NCBI GenBank assembly: GCA_016929495.1
Contig: JAFGIS010000266.1
Coordinates: forward strand, 17,260 to 81,259
DNA length: 64,000 bases
Direction: 5' to 3'
DNA from: Polyangiaceae bacterium
Lineage (GTDB): Bacteria; Myxococcota_A; Polyangia; Polyangiales; Polyangiaceae
The position numbers were made by a program, and so were the translations under genes. The notes under the pieces are model-generated. The model made no database searches. It had not been told where the DNA came from and saw only the letters and a program-made list of their open reading frames with translations. Of this stretch, positions 1 to 9,820 are shown piece after piece; the first letter of the stretch is position 1, and every line of letters begins with the position of its first letter.

Positions 1-3000
1 CCGAAGACAGGCGGGTCATCATCGAGGAGGCTGCCGGCGTTACGAAGTACAAGCAGCGCCGCAAGCAAGCCGAACGCAAGATGGAGCTGACGCGTCAGAA
101 TCTGTCGCGGCTCTCCGATATCGTGGGTGAAATCGAGCGCACGCGTGCATCGCTCAAGCGCCAGGTCGCCAAGGCGGAGCGGTTTCTGGCCTATCGCTCC
201 GAGCTCGATGACCTGGTGCTTCACGAAGCCTCGAACAGGTGGCTCGAGCTGACCGTTCTGAGCCGTGTCGAGAGCGAGCAGCTGGACCAGGCGAGTGAGC
301 AGGTCACCCAGCTTCGCGCCCGGCTCGACCAGGACGAGACTGCGCTCGAGTCGGCCCGGGACGAGGCCTCTGTGATCGAACAGACGACGGATGCCGCCTC
401 TCAGGCCGCTTTCGAGGCGGACAACCAGGTTTCGACGTTGCAGGCGCAGATCGCTCGTGCGCAGGACCGACTCTCGCATCTGTCCGAGCGCCTGGCGACC
501 ATCGATGCGGAACGGACGCGCGTTTCAGAACGCGTGACCGAGCTTGCCACGGAGAAGCTCGATCTCGAGGCGCGCGTCGAGACGCTCAGCGCGGATGAGG
601 AGGTGCGCGCGGCCGACGTCGCCGCTGAGGAAGAGGCCCTGACCGGTCTCCGGTCCGAAGAAGCCGTCGCGGCCGAAGGAGTCCAGCAGCTTCGGGCCCA
701 GACCGCCGAGCTCGGCAAGTCAGCCGCAGCCGCGGAGGCCCGCTTGGACGGGGTTGCCCAACGGCTGCTGGAGGCACAAGGCCGCCAAGAGAGGCTGTCC
801 GCCGAGCAAGAGACACTGGTCGGCGAGCGAGGCACCCTGGAAGCGCGACATCAGGCGCTGCAGCAGAGCCTGCTCGAGCTGGCCGAGGGCAAACGCCTCA
901 CTTTGGCCGAACGAAGCGCACTGGAGAGCGAACTCGAGCTTCTGCGCGGACGTCTGCACGAGAGTGAACGCGCTGTCGATGCGGCCAAGAACGAGCTGGG
1001 CTTCAAGCGCAATCGTCTTCGGGCTCTGGAAGAGCTCCACCGGCGACACGAGGGGATCGGCAATGGGGTCCGCGCTCTTCTGTCCACGGGCGACCCTTCG
1101 GTACTCGGCCTGGTCGCCGATCGAGTTGAAGCCCCCGAGCCGCTGACGCTGGCCGTGGCAGGACTTCTGGGCGAGCGGCTGCAATGGGTCGTGGTCAACG
1201 ACATGGCCCGCGGCTTGGAGCTGCTCGGCGGCCTGCAGGCGCATCAGCGGGGCCGAGCTCACCTCGTCCCAGCACGCCCGCGGCACGTCGCGGGCTCGTT
1301 CGTGCCACTCGATCGAGAACGAGAAGGCGCGCTCGGGTATCTGGTCGATCAGCTGAGCTACGCTCCGGAAGATGAGGTGCTCGTGCGCTCGCTCGTCGGC
1401 AACGCGGTGGTCGCCGCCACGGCTGCGGACGCCTACCGGCTGGTTCTCGAAGTGCCCGGGATATCCGCTGCTGTCGCCCTGGATGGGACGATCGTGCGAG
1501 CCGACGGTACCGTGAGCGGGGGAAGCGGTGACGACGTCGCCGCCGCGATGGTCGAACAGCGCCGCGAGATGCGACAGCTTGTCGAACAGGTGAATCATTT
1601 GAGCGCACGGTCACAGCGGCTGCTCGAGGAACACAACGCGCTCCGGGCCCGCGAGGCGGAGTGCAGTGCTGCGCTCGAGCGGGCCCGTCAGGAGGCCCAC
1701 CAGGGAGAACTGGCGCACGTCAGCGCGGAGAAGGATCTAGCCAAGACCAGTGCTGATTTGGAGCGTGTCGTCGCTCGCGCCATCGCGCTCGATGCGGAGC
1801 TTGCGGACATGTCCAACGCCATCGAGGCAGCGGAGCGAGACGAAACGACGTTCAGCAGGGAGCTGGACCTCACGCGGGTCGAGCTCGAACGGGTCCAGCA
1901 CAGTCTCGAGCGGTCGGAGGCTCTGGCCGCGTCCTGGCGGGATCAGGTCGCCGCCCAAGCCGCACTGCTCACCGAGCGCAAGGTGCGTCTGGCCCAGGTA
2001 GGCGAACAGGCCGGCGCTGCTCGTTCAGCGCTGCAGCGAGTGGTGCAGTCCGTACACGACCTGGCGAGCCGAGCCGATCGTCTGGAATCGGACGTACACG
2101 AGTCGGTGGTGGGCTACGGCGAAACGGCGGCGCGTCTGATGCTTGCGCGCGAGGCGAACATCGAGGCCCAAAGCGTCGCCCGTGAGGCGCACGCCCGTCT
2201 CGACGACGCACGGGCTTCGCTCGACCAAGTGCGACACGCGCTGGGCGCCCGTGAGTCCGAGCTGAAGCAGCTGCGCGACGTGCTCGCGACCGCTGATGAC
2301 CAGGCACGCCGTTCCGAGATGGCGCTGCAACGCTTGACCCTCGAGCGCGACCATCTCTTGTCGGTCGTTCGCGACCGATTCCGGGGGCTGGATCTGAAGC
2401 GGGTCGTTGGCGACTACCACACTCGGCCGGCCCCCGATGCCGAGCAGCATCGCCGGGTCGAGGAGCTTTCGCAGCTCATCGATCGGATGGGCCCGGTCAA
2501 TCTCGAGGCGCGCACCGAATTCGAAGACGCGGACCGGAGGTTCACGGACCTTTCGGCGCAGAAGGTCGACGTGGAGCAGGCTCTGGCCGAGCTCGAGCGC
2601 GCGATCAAGCACATGAACCGCGAGTCGCGCCGCAAATTCAAGGAAGCGTTCGACGCGGTCAACGAGCTGTTCAAGAAGGCGTTCCGTCGCCTCTTCCATG
2701 GCGGCCGGGCCGAGCTCGTCTTGACCGATCCCGAGGACCTTCTGGGCACGGGCGTCGAGATCGTAGCTCAACCGCCAGGCAAGAAGCTCGGCAACATCGA
2801 GCTCATGAGCGGCGGCGAGAAGGCGCTCACGGCGGTGGCATTGATCCTGTCCGTCTTCCAGCACAAGCCCGCACCGTTCTGCGTGCTCGACGAGGTGGAC
2901 GCGCCGCTCGACGAGGCCAACGTGGCTCGCTACACCGAGGCCATCCGAACCATGACTGAGCAGTCGCAGTTCGTCCTCATCACTCACGTTCGCCGGACGA

Positions 3001-3176
3001 TGCAGGCGGTGGATGTGCTCTACGGGGTAACGATGGGCGAGCCGGGCGTCTCTCGCCTCGTGAGCGTCAAAGTCAATGAGAACGCGGCCACGCGCAGCGA
3101 TTCCCGTGCCGCCAACGTCCTGCGCAGCACGGCTCCGCCACGACTGGACGTCGAGGGCGAGACTCAGGTGGCGTAG
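1..3176 (+). CDS. smc: Chromosome segregation protein SMC (5' end lies upstream of the window)
   Basis: The reading frame is open from nt 3 (EDRRVIIEEAAGVTKYKQRRKQAERK...), a typical SMC junction into the coiled coil. It has long Glu/Ala/Arg/Leu-rich coiled coils and a central hinge-like segment (GLVADRVEAPEP...WVVV). The C-terminal ABC signature and Walker B/D-loop are present: LSGGEKALTAVALILSVFQHKPAPFCVLDEVDAPLDEANV. Confidence 0.93.
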   Translation, partial: EDRRVIIEEAAGVTKYKQRRKQAERKMELTRQNLSRLSDIVGEIERTRASLKRQVAKAERFLAYRSELDDLVLHEASNRWLELTVLSRVESEQLDQASEQVTQLRARLDQDETALESARDEASVIEQTTDAASQAAFEADNQVSTLQAQIARAQDRLSHLSERLATIDAERTRVSERVTELATEKLDLEARVETLSADEEVRAADVAAEEEALTGLRSEEAVAAEGVQQLRAQTAELGKSAAAAEARLDGVAQRLLEAQGRQERLSAEQETLVGERGTLEARHQALQQSLLELAEGKRLTLAERSALESELELLRGRLHESERAVDAAKNELGFKRNRLRALEELHRRHEGIGNGVRALLSTGDPSVLGLVADRVEAPEPLTLAVAGLLGERLQWVVVNDMARGLELLGGLQAHQRGRAHLVPARPRHVAGSFVPLDREREGALGYLVDQLSYAPEDEVLVRSLVGNAVVAATAADAYRLVLEVPGISAAVALDGTIVRADGTVSGGSGDDVAAAMVEQRREMRQLVEQVNHLSARSQRLLEEHNALRAREAECSAALERARQEAHQGELAHVSAEKDLAKTSADLERVVARAIALDAELADMSNAIEAAERDETTFSRELDLTRVELERVQHSLERSEALAASWRDQVAAQAALLTERKVRLAQVGEQAGAARSALQRVVQSVHDLASRADRLESDVHESVVGYGETAARLMLAREANIEAQSVAREAHARLDDARASLDQVRHALGARESELKQLRDVLATADDQARRSEMALQRLTLERDHLLSVVRDRFRGLDLKRVVGDYHTRPAPDAEQHRRVEELSQLIDRMGPVNLEARTEFEDADRRFTDLSAQKVDVEQALAELERAIKHMNRESRRKFKEAFDAVNELFKKAFRRLFHGGRAELVLTDPEDLLGTGVEIVAQPPGKKLGNIELMSGGEKALTAVALILSVFQHKPAPFCVLDEVDAPLDEANVARYTEAIRTMTEQSQFVLITHVRRTMQAVDVLYGVTMGEPGVSRLVSVKVNENAATRSDSRAANVLRSTAPPRLDVEGETQVA

Positions 3177-3311
3177 ACGGTCAGGCGGCGCTTGTTGCTC
3201 GGAATGCTGCTGCGGGCGGGAGCCGCGCGGCCGCGGCACTGCTTCCGGGGCCTCGGCCGGGGCCCGCGCTGGGCGTCGCCCTAGGACGCGCTAGAGTCCG
3301 TCACGCTCTGC

Positions 3312-5039
3312 ATGCGCGTTGCCTTGATCTACCCGCCGCCGTGGAGAATCCCCTCCCCGGGGGAACCCGCGGACCGCCGTGATGGACCTCCGCCGGACTT
3401 CGACGACAGCGACCTGGACGCCGACTTCTATCAGATCCCCTACGGGCTCCTCAGCCTTGCGGCTCAGGCACGGGCATTCGGCCATCAAGTCAAAGTCGTC
3501 AATCTTGCCTCGTACCCGTGGCGCGACGTCGAGCACGTCGTGCGCAAGCTTCAGGCCGACGTCTATGGTCTGTCCTGCTGGACGGCAAACCGACGCGGAG
3601 TCGCCCTGGTCGCCACGGCCATACGCAAGCAGCATCCCAGAGCTCACCTCTCGGTGGGCGGACCCCACGCGACTGCACTCGCCCGCGAGCTGCTCGCGCG
3701 TCACACCGCAGTCGACAGCGTGGTCCTGGGTGAGGCAGAGGTTACGTTCATCGAGCTTCTGGAGCGCCTGGGCAACCGTCGGCCTCTGGCCGGCATGGCT
3801 GGCGCCGTCGTGCGTTCGGGAGGTCGGATCACGAGCGGCCCGCCCCGGCCGGCCATGACGGATCTGGACGATCTCGCCTGCCCTCACCGTGACTTCACCA
3901 CCCACATCGTGATGACCTCTCGAGGCTGCCCGTTCGATTGCACGTTCTGCGCCGCGCGAACGACGTGGGGTCGCGGCTATCGTGAGCATTCGGTCAGGTA
4001 CGTCCTCGACATGCTCGAGCTGGCCCTGGCGAGGGTCCCGGTTAAGATGCTCCAGCTCAAGGACGACACGTTCACCGCCCATCGGAGCCGGGCGCTTCGG
4101 ATCTGTCGCGGGATCCGCGACCGACGTCTCGATTTCCTCTGGAGCTGTGACACCCGCGCCGACGTCCTGGACGAGGAGCTGCTGCGGGAAATGCGGCTGG
4201 CAGGCTGCGAGCGACTCAGTCTCGGGGTCGAGTCCGGCTCGGACCTCGTTCTGAGGAACATCAACAAGAGACTCACCGTCGCTCAGGTCCTCGAAGCGAC
4301 GGAGCTGGCGAAACGCTGCGGCATCCGTGTCCGCTACTACATGATGCTCGGCAATCGCGGGGAGACCGCGACCAGCTTCGGAGAAACGCTGGAGTTGCTC
4401 GACCAAGCCCAGCCCCACGAGTACATCTTCTCTTGCCTGAGCATCTATCCGGGGACTGCCGACTTCCGCGATGCCGCGGCGGCAGGCCGCGTCGACTCGG
4501 GGGACTACTTCCGAGGGCGTTTCCAGGAGCTGAAGACCCCATTCGATGCGAGCGAGGCCGATGTCCGAGTCATCAACGACTGGTTCGTCTCGCATCGCGG
4601 CCTGCGCCGCCTGTATCAGCCATCGGTCGAGGATTGCCGCGCGGTCGTGAGTCGTCTGGGCGATCACCATGCCGCTCACCTCGACCTGGCTGCGGCGCTG
4701 TACCGTGCAGCAAGGCTGGAGGAAGCGCGGCACCATGCGCAGCTCGCCTTGAAGCTCGAACATCCCACCCCTGGGCTGGTCTACAACCTGCTCGCGTGCA
4801 TCGCCTACGCGCGAAACGAGCTGGAACATATGAAGGACTTGTTCGTGCAGGCGGGGCGCCGTGATCCGCAACATGCCGTCCTTGTCGGCAATGCACAGGC
4901 AACACGTCGCTGGCTGGCTCGCGCAGAAGCAGGGAAGGAGCCCCTCGTCCTCGATCCCAGTCATGATTTCCAGCTCCTGGAGCGTACGGTCCAGCCCTGC
5001 CTCCCCGGGCCCCTGGACGCGGATTTCGCCGACTGGTAG
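3312..5039 (+). CDS. B12-binding-domain radical SAM protein with C-terminal TPR-like repeats
   Basis: The N-terminus (MRVALIYPPPW...YGLLSLAAQARAFGHQVKVVNL) is typical of the cobalamin-binding domain of class B radical SAM enzymes. The CxxxCxxC cluster motif is present (SRGCPFDCTFCAA). The C-terminus is helical-repeat-like (AALYRAARLEEARHHAQLALKLEH...). Confidence 0.8.
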   Translation: MRVALIYPPPWRIPSPGEPADRRDGPPPDFDDSDLDADFYQIPYGLLSLAAQARAFGHQVKVVNLASYPWRDVEHVVRKLQADVYGLSCWTANRRGVALVATAIRKQHPRAHLSVGGPHATALARELLARHTAVDSVVLGEAEVTFIELLERLGNRRPLAGMAGAVVRSGGRITSGPPRPAMTDLDDLACPHRDFTTHIVMTSRGCPFDCTFCAARTTWGRGYREHSVRYVLDMLELALARVPVKMLQLKDDTFTAHRSRALRICRGIRDRRLDFLWSCDTRADVLDEELLREMRLAGCERLSLGVESGSDLVLRNINKRLTVAQVLEATELAKRCGIRVRYYMMLGNRGETATSFGETLELLDQAQPHEYIFSCLSIYPGTADFRDAAAAGRVDSGDYFRGRFQELKTPFDASEADVRVINDWFVSHRGLRRLYQPSVEDCRAVVSRLGDHHAAHLDLAAALYRAARLEEARHHAQLALKLEHPTPGLVYNLLACIAYARNELEHMKDLFVQAGRRDPQHAVLVGNAQATRRWLARAEAGKEPLVLDPSHDFQLLERTVQPCLPGPLDADFADW

Positions 5040-5044
5040 GAGGT

Positions 5045-6337
5045 GTGTGGCATGACATCCGTACGCGGCAAGCTCAGTCCGGTGAGCGTCGGGTGATTCC
5101 AGGACGTTCCCACAAACGCAGGGATGTCGCTCGCTTGCGCGACACCAACAGCCGGCAGTCGCCGGGCGTGCTTGACGTACGCGACCATTGCGTGGCCACG
5201 ACGTTTCCCGGGCTCGAGCAGCTTTGTGCGCAAGAGCTCGCCGGGCTAGGCCTGAACGTGCTCGACGTTTCGCCTGCATCCGTGACGTTTGCGTCCGAAC
5301 GGGAAGGGATGTATCGAGCCAATCTTTGGCTGCGCACCGCGCTGCGCGTTCTATTGCCCATCGCGCAGTTCGACGTAGGGGGACCCGGTGAACTCTACCA
5401 GCGCGCATTGCGGGTTCCCTGGGAGGAGTGGATCGATCCGGCCCGTACGTTCGCCGTCAATGCCAGTGTTCATTCGCAATTCGTGCCGCACTCCAAGTAC
5501 GCGGCGCTCCGCGTCAAGGATGCGGTCGTGGACAGGTTGCGAGATCGCTACGGCCGTCGTCCCTCCGTCGACGTCGGGCAGCCGGACGTCCGGCTCCGCG
5601 TCACGGCGCGCGGGCGCCGCGTCGATCTGGCGCTGGACAGCTCCGGCGAGCCGCTGTCTCGCCGAGGCTATCGCCTCTGCGGAACAACGGCGCCTCTCAA
5701 CGAAGCCGTCGCGGCTGCTGTCGTGTTGTTTTCCGGATGGAACGGCACGAGCCACGCCGTGGACCCGCTGTGCGGCTCCGGCACGCTGCTGGTGGAGGCT
5801 GCGCTGGTGGCGTGCAATGTCGCGCCTGGCTCACTTGGGAGATCCTTCGGTTTCATGACGTGGCCTGAGTTCGACCCGGTTCTGTGGCACCGATTGCTTT
5901 CCGAGGCGCGCAGCGCCACCCGCCAGCCACGTTCCGGACTCATCCTCGGCGGCGATCATTCCGCGGACGCAGTGGTCGCGGCGCGGGCAAACGCCGAGCG
6001 TGCCGGCGTGTCGTCGTGCGTGGAGGTCCGGCACGCGGGTTTCCAGAAGCTGGCCGTGCCTCGGCCTCCGGGGGTGGTTCTGACGAACCCGCCGTATGGG
6101 GTCCGTCTCGATGCCTCCCGCCTCACCGAGTTGTATCGTGAGCTCGGCGATCGGCTCAAGCGGGCCTATGGCGAGTATGAAGCTTGGATCCTCTCCGGCA
6201 ATTTGTCGGCGCTCAAGTCGTTGGGCCTGCGGTCCACGCGCCGGATCACGCTCCTGAATGGAAACATCGAATGCCGTCTCGTCCACTACCCCGTCGTTTC
6301 GCTCGGAAGGGGGCCGACTCTGCTGCGTGCGCGGTAG
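5045..6337 (+). CDS. THUMP-domain class I SAM-dependent RNA methyltransferase (RlmL/UPF0020-like)
   Basis: It shows a THUMP-type N-terminus (ATTFPGLEQLCAQELAGLGL...), a SAM-binding motif (DPLCGSGTLLVEA) and the catalytic NPPYG motif (VLTNPPYGVRL). The true start is probably the in-frame GTG at 5168 (VLDVRDHCVATT...), which gives about 389 aa. The stretch from 5045 to 5167 is Arg-rich and atypical. Confidence 0.75.
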   Translation: MWHDIRTRQAQSGERRVIPGRSHKRRDVARLRDTNSRQSPGVLDVRDHCVATTFPGLEQLCAQELAGLGLNVLDVSPASVTFASEREGMYRANLWLRTALRVLLPIAQFDVGGPGELYQRALRVPWEEWIDPARTFAVNASVHSQFVPHSKYAALRVKDAVVDRLRDRYGRRPSVDVGQPDVRLRVTARGRRVDLALDSSGEPLSRRGYRLCGTTAPLNEAVAAAVVLFSGWNGTSHAVDPLCGSGTLLVEAALVACNVAPGSLGRSFGFMTWPEFDPVLWHRLLSEARSATRQPRSGLILGGDHSADAVVAARANAERAGVSSCVEVRHAGFQKLAVPRPPGVVLTNPPYGVRLDASRLTELYRELGDRLKRAYGEYEAWILSGNLSALKSLGLRSTRRITLLNGNIECRLVHYPVVSLGRGPTLLRAR

Positions 6338-6487
6338 CGGCCTGTCTCCAAGACAGGGCACACAGAAGTAGCCATGCTTTGGTTGGCTCAGACGGGCGTT
6401 TGCTGCAGAATTCGACGGCTTCGCCCAGTTCGAGGCCGTCGAATCCCGCGGCGAATCACGGCGACAGGGCGGCAGGCCAACGTCGAT

Positions 6488-9400
6488 TCAACGAAAATCT
6501 CGGGAACGCTGGCGAAGCCGCGTGACGGGCAGGTCCAGACGCTCCAGACGGCGAGCCAACACATGGATCACCGCCACCTCCGCCTGCGGATGCTTCTGTC
6601 GCTCGATAGGTCCGCGTGCCAGAAGGATCTGAGCATGGCGTGCCTGTAGAGAGAAGCGCGCGAAAACAGAGCGCTGAACAATGAGGTTGACGGTTCCGGT
6701 CTCGTCTTCGAGCGTGATGAAGGTGACCGCACTCGCCGTCATCGGTTGCTGACGGCAAAGGACCATCCCAGCCACGGTGACCCAGCTCCCGCTGTGCACT
6801 TGGTCCAGCTCTCTGGCACGCAAGACCCCTCGTCGCGCGAGCGCCTCACGAAGGTGATTCATGGGGTGATCGTCGATGCTCAGTCCTTTGCGGTCGTAAT
6901 CGAGCACCAGCCGCTCACGCGCGTTGAGATGGGCCAGCCGCACCTCCGGCTCGTCCAGTTCCAAGCCCTCGAACAATCCGAAAAGCCTCGGAGCGCGCGC
7001 CTTCCAGAGCGCCTGTCGGCGGCCCGGTAGCATCGCTTCGAGCGCACCGGCTTCTGCCAGGGCTTCTGTCGCTTGGCGCTTGAGTTCAGTTCGTTGCACG
7101 AGATCCGTGAGTCCTTCCAGCTTCGATTCGCTGCGGGCAGCCTCGATACGCCCACTGGACACGTCACCCAAGCCCCTGACCAATCGCAGTCCGAGCCGCA
7201 GTGCCAGCTCGGTGCTGCCTCCGGCAGATGTCGGCTGCATCTCGTCTACCGCCGGCTCCAGCGTACAGTCCCAGGCGCTCCGCTGTACGCACACGTCGCG
7301 CACCTGTACGCCGTGCCGCTGGGCGTCCCGCACGATGGCTGATGGAGAATAGAAACCCAGAGGCTGGGAGTTGAGCAGCGCACACGAAAAATGCGCCGGC
7401 GCGTGGGCCTTCAACCACGCCGACGCATAAACGAGCAACGCAAACGAGGCGGCATGCGACTCGGGGAACCCATACTCACCGAATCCCTTGATCTGCTCGA
7501 ACAGCGCCTCAGCGAACTCGACGCCTATTCCCTTTCGGGCAAAGCCACCGAGCAGCCGCGCGCGATGCCTGAGTAGTCGTCCTGTCTTTCGCCATGCTGC
7601 CATGTCGCGTCTGAGCTGATCCGCCTCGCCGCCGCTGTAGCCGGCACCCACGATGGCGAGCCGCATGACCTGCTCCTGAAACAGCGGAACTCCGAGCGTA
7701 CGCTCGAGAATCGGCACCAAATCCGGATGGGGCATCGTCACCGGTTCTTCGCCATTCCTACGCCGCAGGTAGGGATGGACCATCCCGCCCTGAATGGGAC
7801 CAGGACGCACGATAGCCACCTCGATGACCAAGTCGTAGAAACATCGAGGCCGGAGCCGTGGGAGCATTGCCATTTGCGCACGGCTCTCGATTTGGAAGAC
7901 GCCCAAGGTGTCTGCCCGACTGACCATGGCGTACACCACGGGGTCCTCGGGAGGAACGCGGGCCAATGCTTCAATCGGATCGAAGGACCCCGCCGACGCC
8001 TCCCCTTGCTCAGATACGAGCGCCAGGCACTTTTTGAGCGCCGTGAGCATACCGAGCCCGAGCACGTCGACTTTGAAGAAGCCGAGCGCGTCGAGGTCAT
8101 CCTTGTCCCAAGGTACCACCGTACGCCCCTGCATCCGTGCTGGCTCCACGGGAGCCACCTCGCACAGATCCGTCGCCGAGAGTATGAAACCACCGACATG
8201 CACCGATAGATGTCGCGGCAATCCCTCGAGTTCTGCACTCAGCTTCATGACTTCTCTGAGCCGAGCATCTCTCGAATCCAAGCCGACTGCAGAGAGATCT
8301 GCGTCACTGATCTCCGTGCTCGTCCAGTGAGTCACACTCGCACTCAATCGATTCGTTTGCTCCAGCGACAACCCAAAGACCTTGGCTACGTCACGTACCG
8401 CGCTCTTGCCCCGATAGGAGATGACCTCCGAGACCATGGCGGCTCGGTGGCGGCCATAGCGCGCGTATATTTCCTGGATGACCTCCTCACGACGTTCATG
8501 CTCGAAATCGATGTCGATGTCTGGAGGCTCGTGACGTTCTGCGCTCATGAAGCGCTCGAACAGGAGATTGCTCCGTGACGGATCCACCGCCGTAATGCCT
8601 AGCGCATAGCAGACCGCACTATTGGCGGCGCTCCCACGACCCTGACAGAGAATGTGCCGACGCCTGGCGATCTCGACGATTTCCCAGGTGCTCAAGAAGT
8701 AGGCCGCCATGTCGAGCTCGGCGATGAGACCGAGCTCCTTCTCGATCTGGACGGAAACGGGCTCTGGAACGCCATGGGGGTAACGCCGAGCCAGCCCCTC
8801 GAGTGTCAAGCGCCGGAGCTTGGCCTCGGCGCTGTCACCTGGCTCGAGCTCGCAGGGAAAGCGGTAGTCGAGCTCACCCAAGTCAAAGCGCAAGGCCGAT
8901 GCGATCTCGCCGGTTCGCTCCACCCAGTCCTTGTGGTCGCGAAATAGCCGCAACATCTGGGACTCGGAACGCAGTCGCGCCTCGGCGTTACCGAGCAAGC
9001 GGGTTCCTGCCTCGTCGAGCGTCATACCCTTGCGGATGCACCACAGAACATCCAGGAGTGACTTGCGTGATCGATGGTGCATCAGAGGACGAGCGCTCGC
9101 CACAACCGACAGCCCAAACTCGTGCGAAAGCTCCAGCGCTTGCAGCGTCCGGCGCCGGTCAGCGCCATCCATATGACGGTACACAGCGAGAAAGGCGTGG
9201 TCTGCGAAGCGCTCGCGCAAGACTCCGAGCAACTCCGTCACGGCTGCGTTTCGGACACAACGGGCGTCGTCGACGGGAACGAGCGCCACCAAGCCCGCGG
9301 CATGTTCAGCCAACCAAACGGGCTCTAGCATGCTCTTGCCCTTCGGGAGGCCGGAATGCGCCAACGTCAGAAGCTGGCACAAATTCGTGTAACCCGTACG

Positions 9401-9799
9401 GTCCTGCACCAGTAAGGAGACGACAGGAACGCCGTCGGTTTCGGTGCTCTCGAACGCCTGTGCGCGGCGATCACCTGACCGCATGTTCGGATTTCGCTGA
9501 GCCGGACCGCGCGTCGGATGGGCACGCTGTCCACGTGGACGGGTTGCGCGACCATTCCGCGAACCTCGACGCGCCATGTGAGAGGCAGCGTGACTCACGG
9601 CCAGTTCTGCTCCGACGATGAAGCGCTGTCCGACCGCGCGCGCACGGACCCAGGCACGGACGACACCGTACAAGCCGCCATGATCACAGAGTGCCAGGGC
9701 GCCCAAGTCGAGCTCTTTGGCACGCTCAATCAATTCCTCCGGCTGAGACGCACCGCGCAAGAAGGAGAAGCACGAGCGCGCCAGCAGTTCGGCAAACAT
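6488..9799 (-). CDS. dnaE2: Error-prone DNA polymerase DnaE2 (ImuC)
   Basis: The N-terminus MFAELLARSCFSFLRGASQPEELIERA is the canonical DnaE2 PHP-domain start. Pol III alpha core motifs run throughout (DIDIDFEHERREEVIQEIYARYG, GGFILS, FKVDVLGLGMLT). It sits immediately downstream of imuA-imuB. An Arg-rich insertion of about 50 aa follows GAELAV. Confidence 0.9.
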   Translation of the reverse strand: MFAELLARSCFSFLRGASQPEELIERAKELDLGALALCDHGGLYGVVRAWVRARAVGQRFIVGAELAVSHAASHMARRGSRNGRATRPRGQRAHPTRGPAQRNPNMRSGDRRAQAFESTETDGVPVVSLLVQDRTGYTNLCQLLTLAHSGLPKGKSMLEPVWLAEHAAGLVALVPVDDARCVRNAAVTELLGVLRERFADHAFLAVYRHMDGADRRRTLQALELSHEFGLSVVASARPLMHHRSRKSLLDVLWCIRKGMTLDEAGTRLLGNAEARLRSESQMLRLFRDHKDWVERTGEIASALRFDLGELDYRFPCELEPGDSAEAKLRRLTLEGLARRYPHGVPEPVSVQIEKELGLIAELDMAAYFLSTWEIVEIARRRHILCQGRGSAANSAVCYALGITAVDPSRSNLLFERFMSAERHEPPDIDIDFEHERREEVIQEIYARYGRHRAAMVSEVISYRGKSAVRDVAKVFGLSLEQTNRLSASVTHWTSTEISDADLSAVGLDSRDARLREVMKLSAELEGLPRHLSVHVGGFILSATDLCEVAPVEPARMQGRTVVPWDKDDLDALGFFKVDVLGLGMLTALKKCLALVSEQGEASAGSFDPIEALARVPPEDPVVYAMVSRADTLGVFQIESRAQMAMLPRLRPRCFYDLVIEVAIVRPGPIQGGMVHPYLRRRNGEEPVTMPHPDLVPILERTLGVPLFQEQVMRLAIVGAGYSGGEADQLRRDMAAWRKTGRLLRHRARLLGGFARKGIGVEFAEALFEQIKGFGEYGFPESHAASFALLVYASAWLKAHAPAHFSCALLNSQPLGFYSPSAIVRDAQRHGVQVRDVCVQRSAWDCTLEPAVDEMQPTSAGGSTELALRLGLRLVRGLGDVSSGRIEAARSESKLEGLTDLVQRTELKRQATEALAEAGALEAMLPGRRQALWKARAPRLFGLFEGLELDEPEVRLAHLNARERLVLDYDRKGLSIDDHPMNHLREALARRGVLRARELDQVHSGSWVTVAGMVLCRQQPMTASAVTFITLEDETGTVNLIVQRSVFARFSLQARHAQILLARGPIERQKHPQAEVAVIHVLARRLERLDLPVTRLRQRSRDFR

Positions 9800-9820
9800 C
9801 AGCGTTCGCTCTCACTTCCA

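Noticed and set aside
5037-5096. Strong Shine-Dalgarno TAGGAGG followed 8 nt later by ATG 5052, opening a 14-codon ORF (MTSVRGKLSPVSVG)
   Set aside because: It is too short and unconserved to support from sequence alone. It overlaps the listed start region of the methyltransferase gene. It may simply reflect uncertainty about that gene's start site.
3291-5408. 705-aa minus-strand ORF antisense to the radical SAM gene and the start of the methyltransferase gene
   Set aside because: It is Arg/Ala/Pro/Gly-rich with no motifs. It lies exactly opposite two ORFs that carry clear catalytic motifs. This is a typical shadow ORF of a ~70% GC genome.
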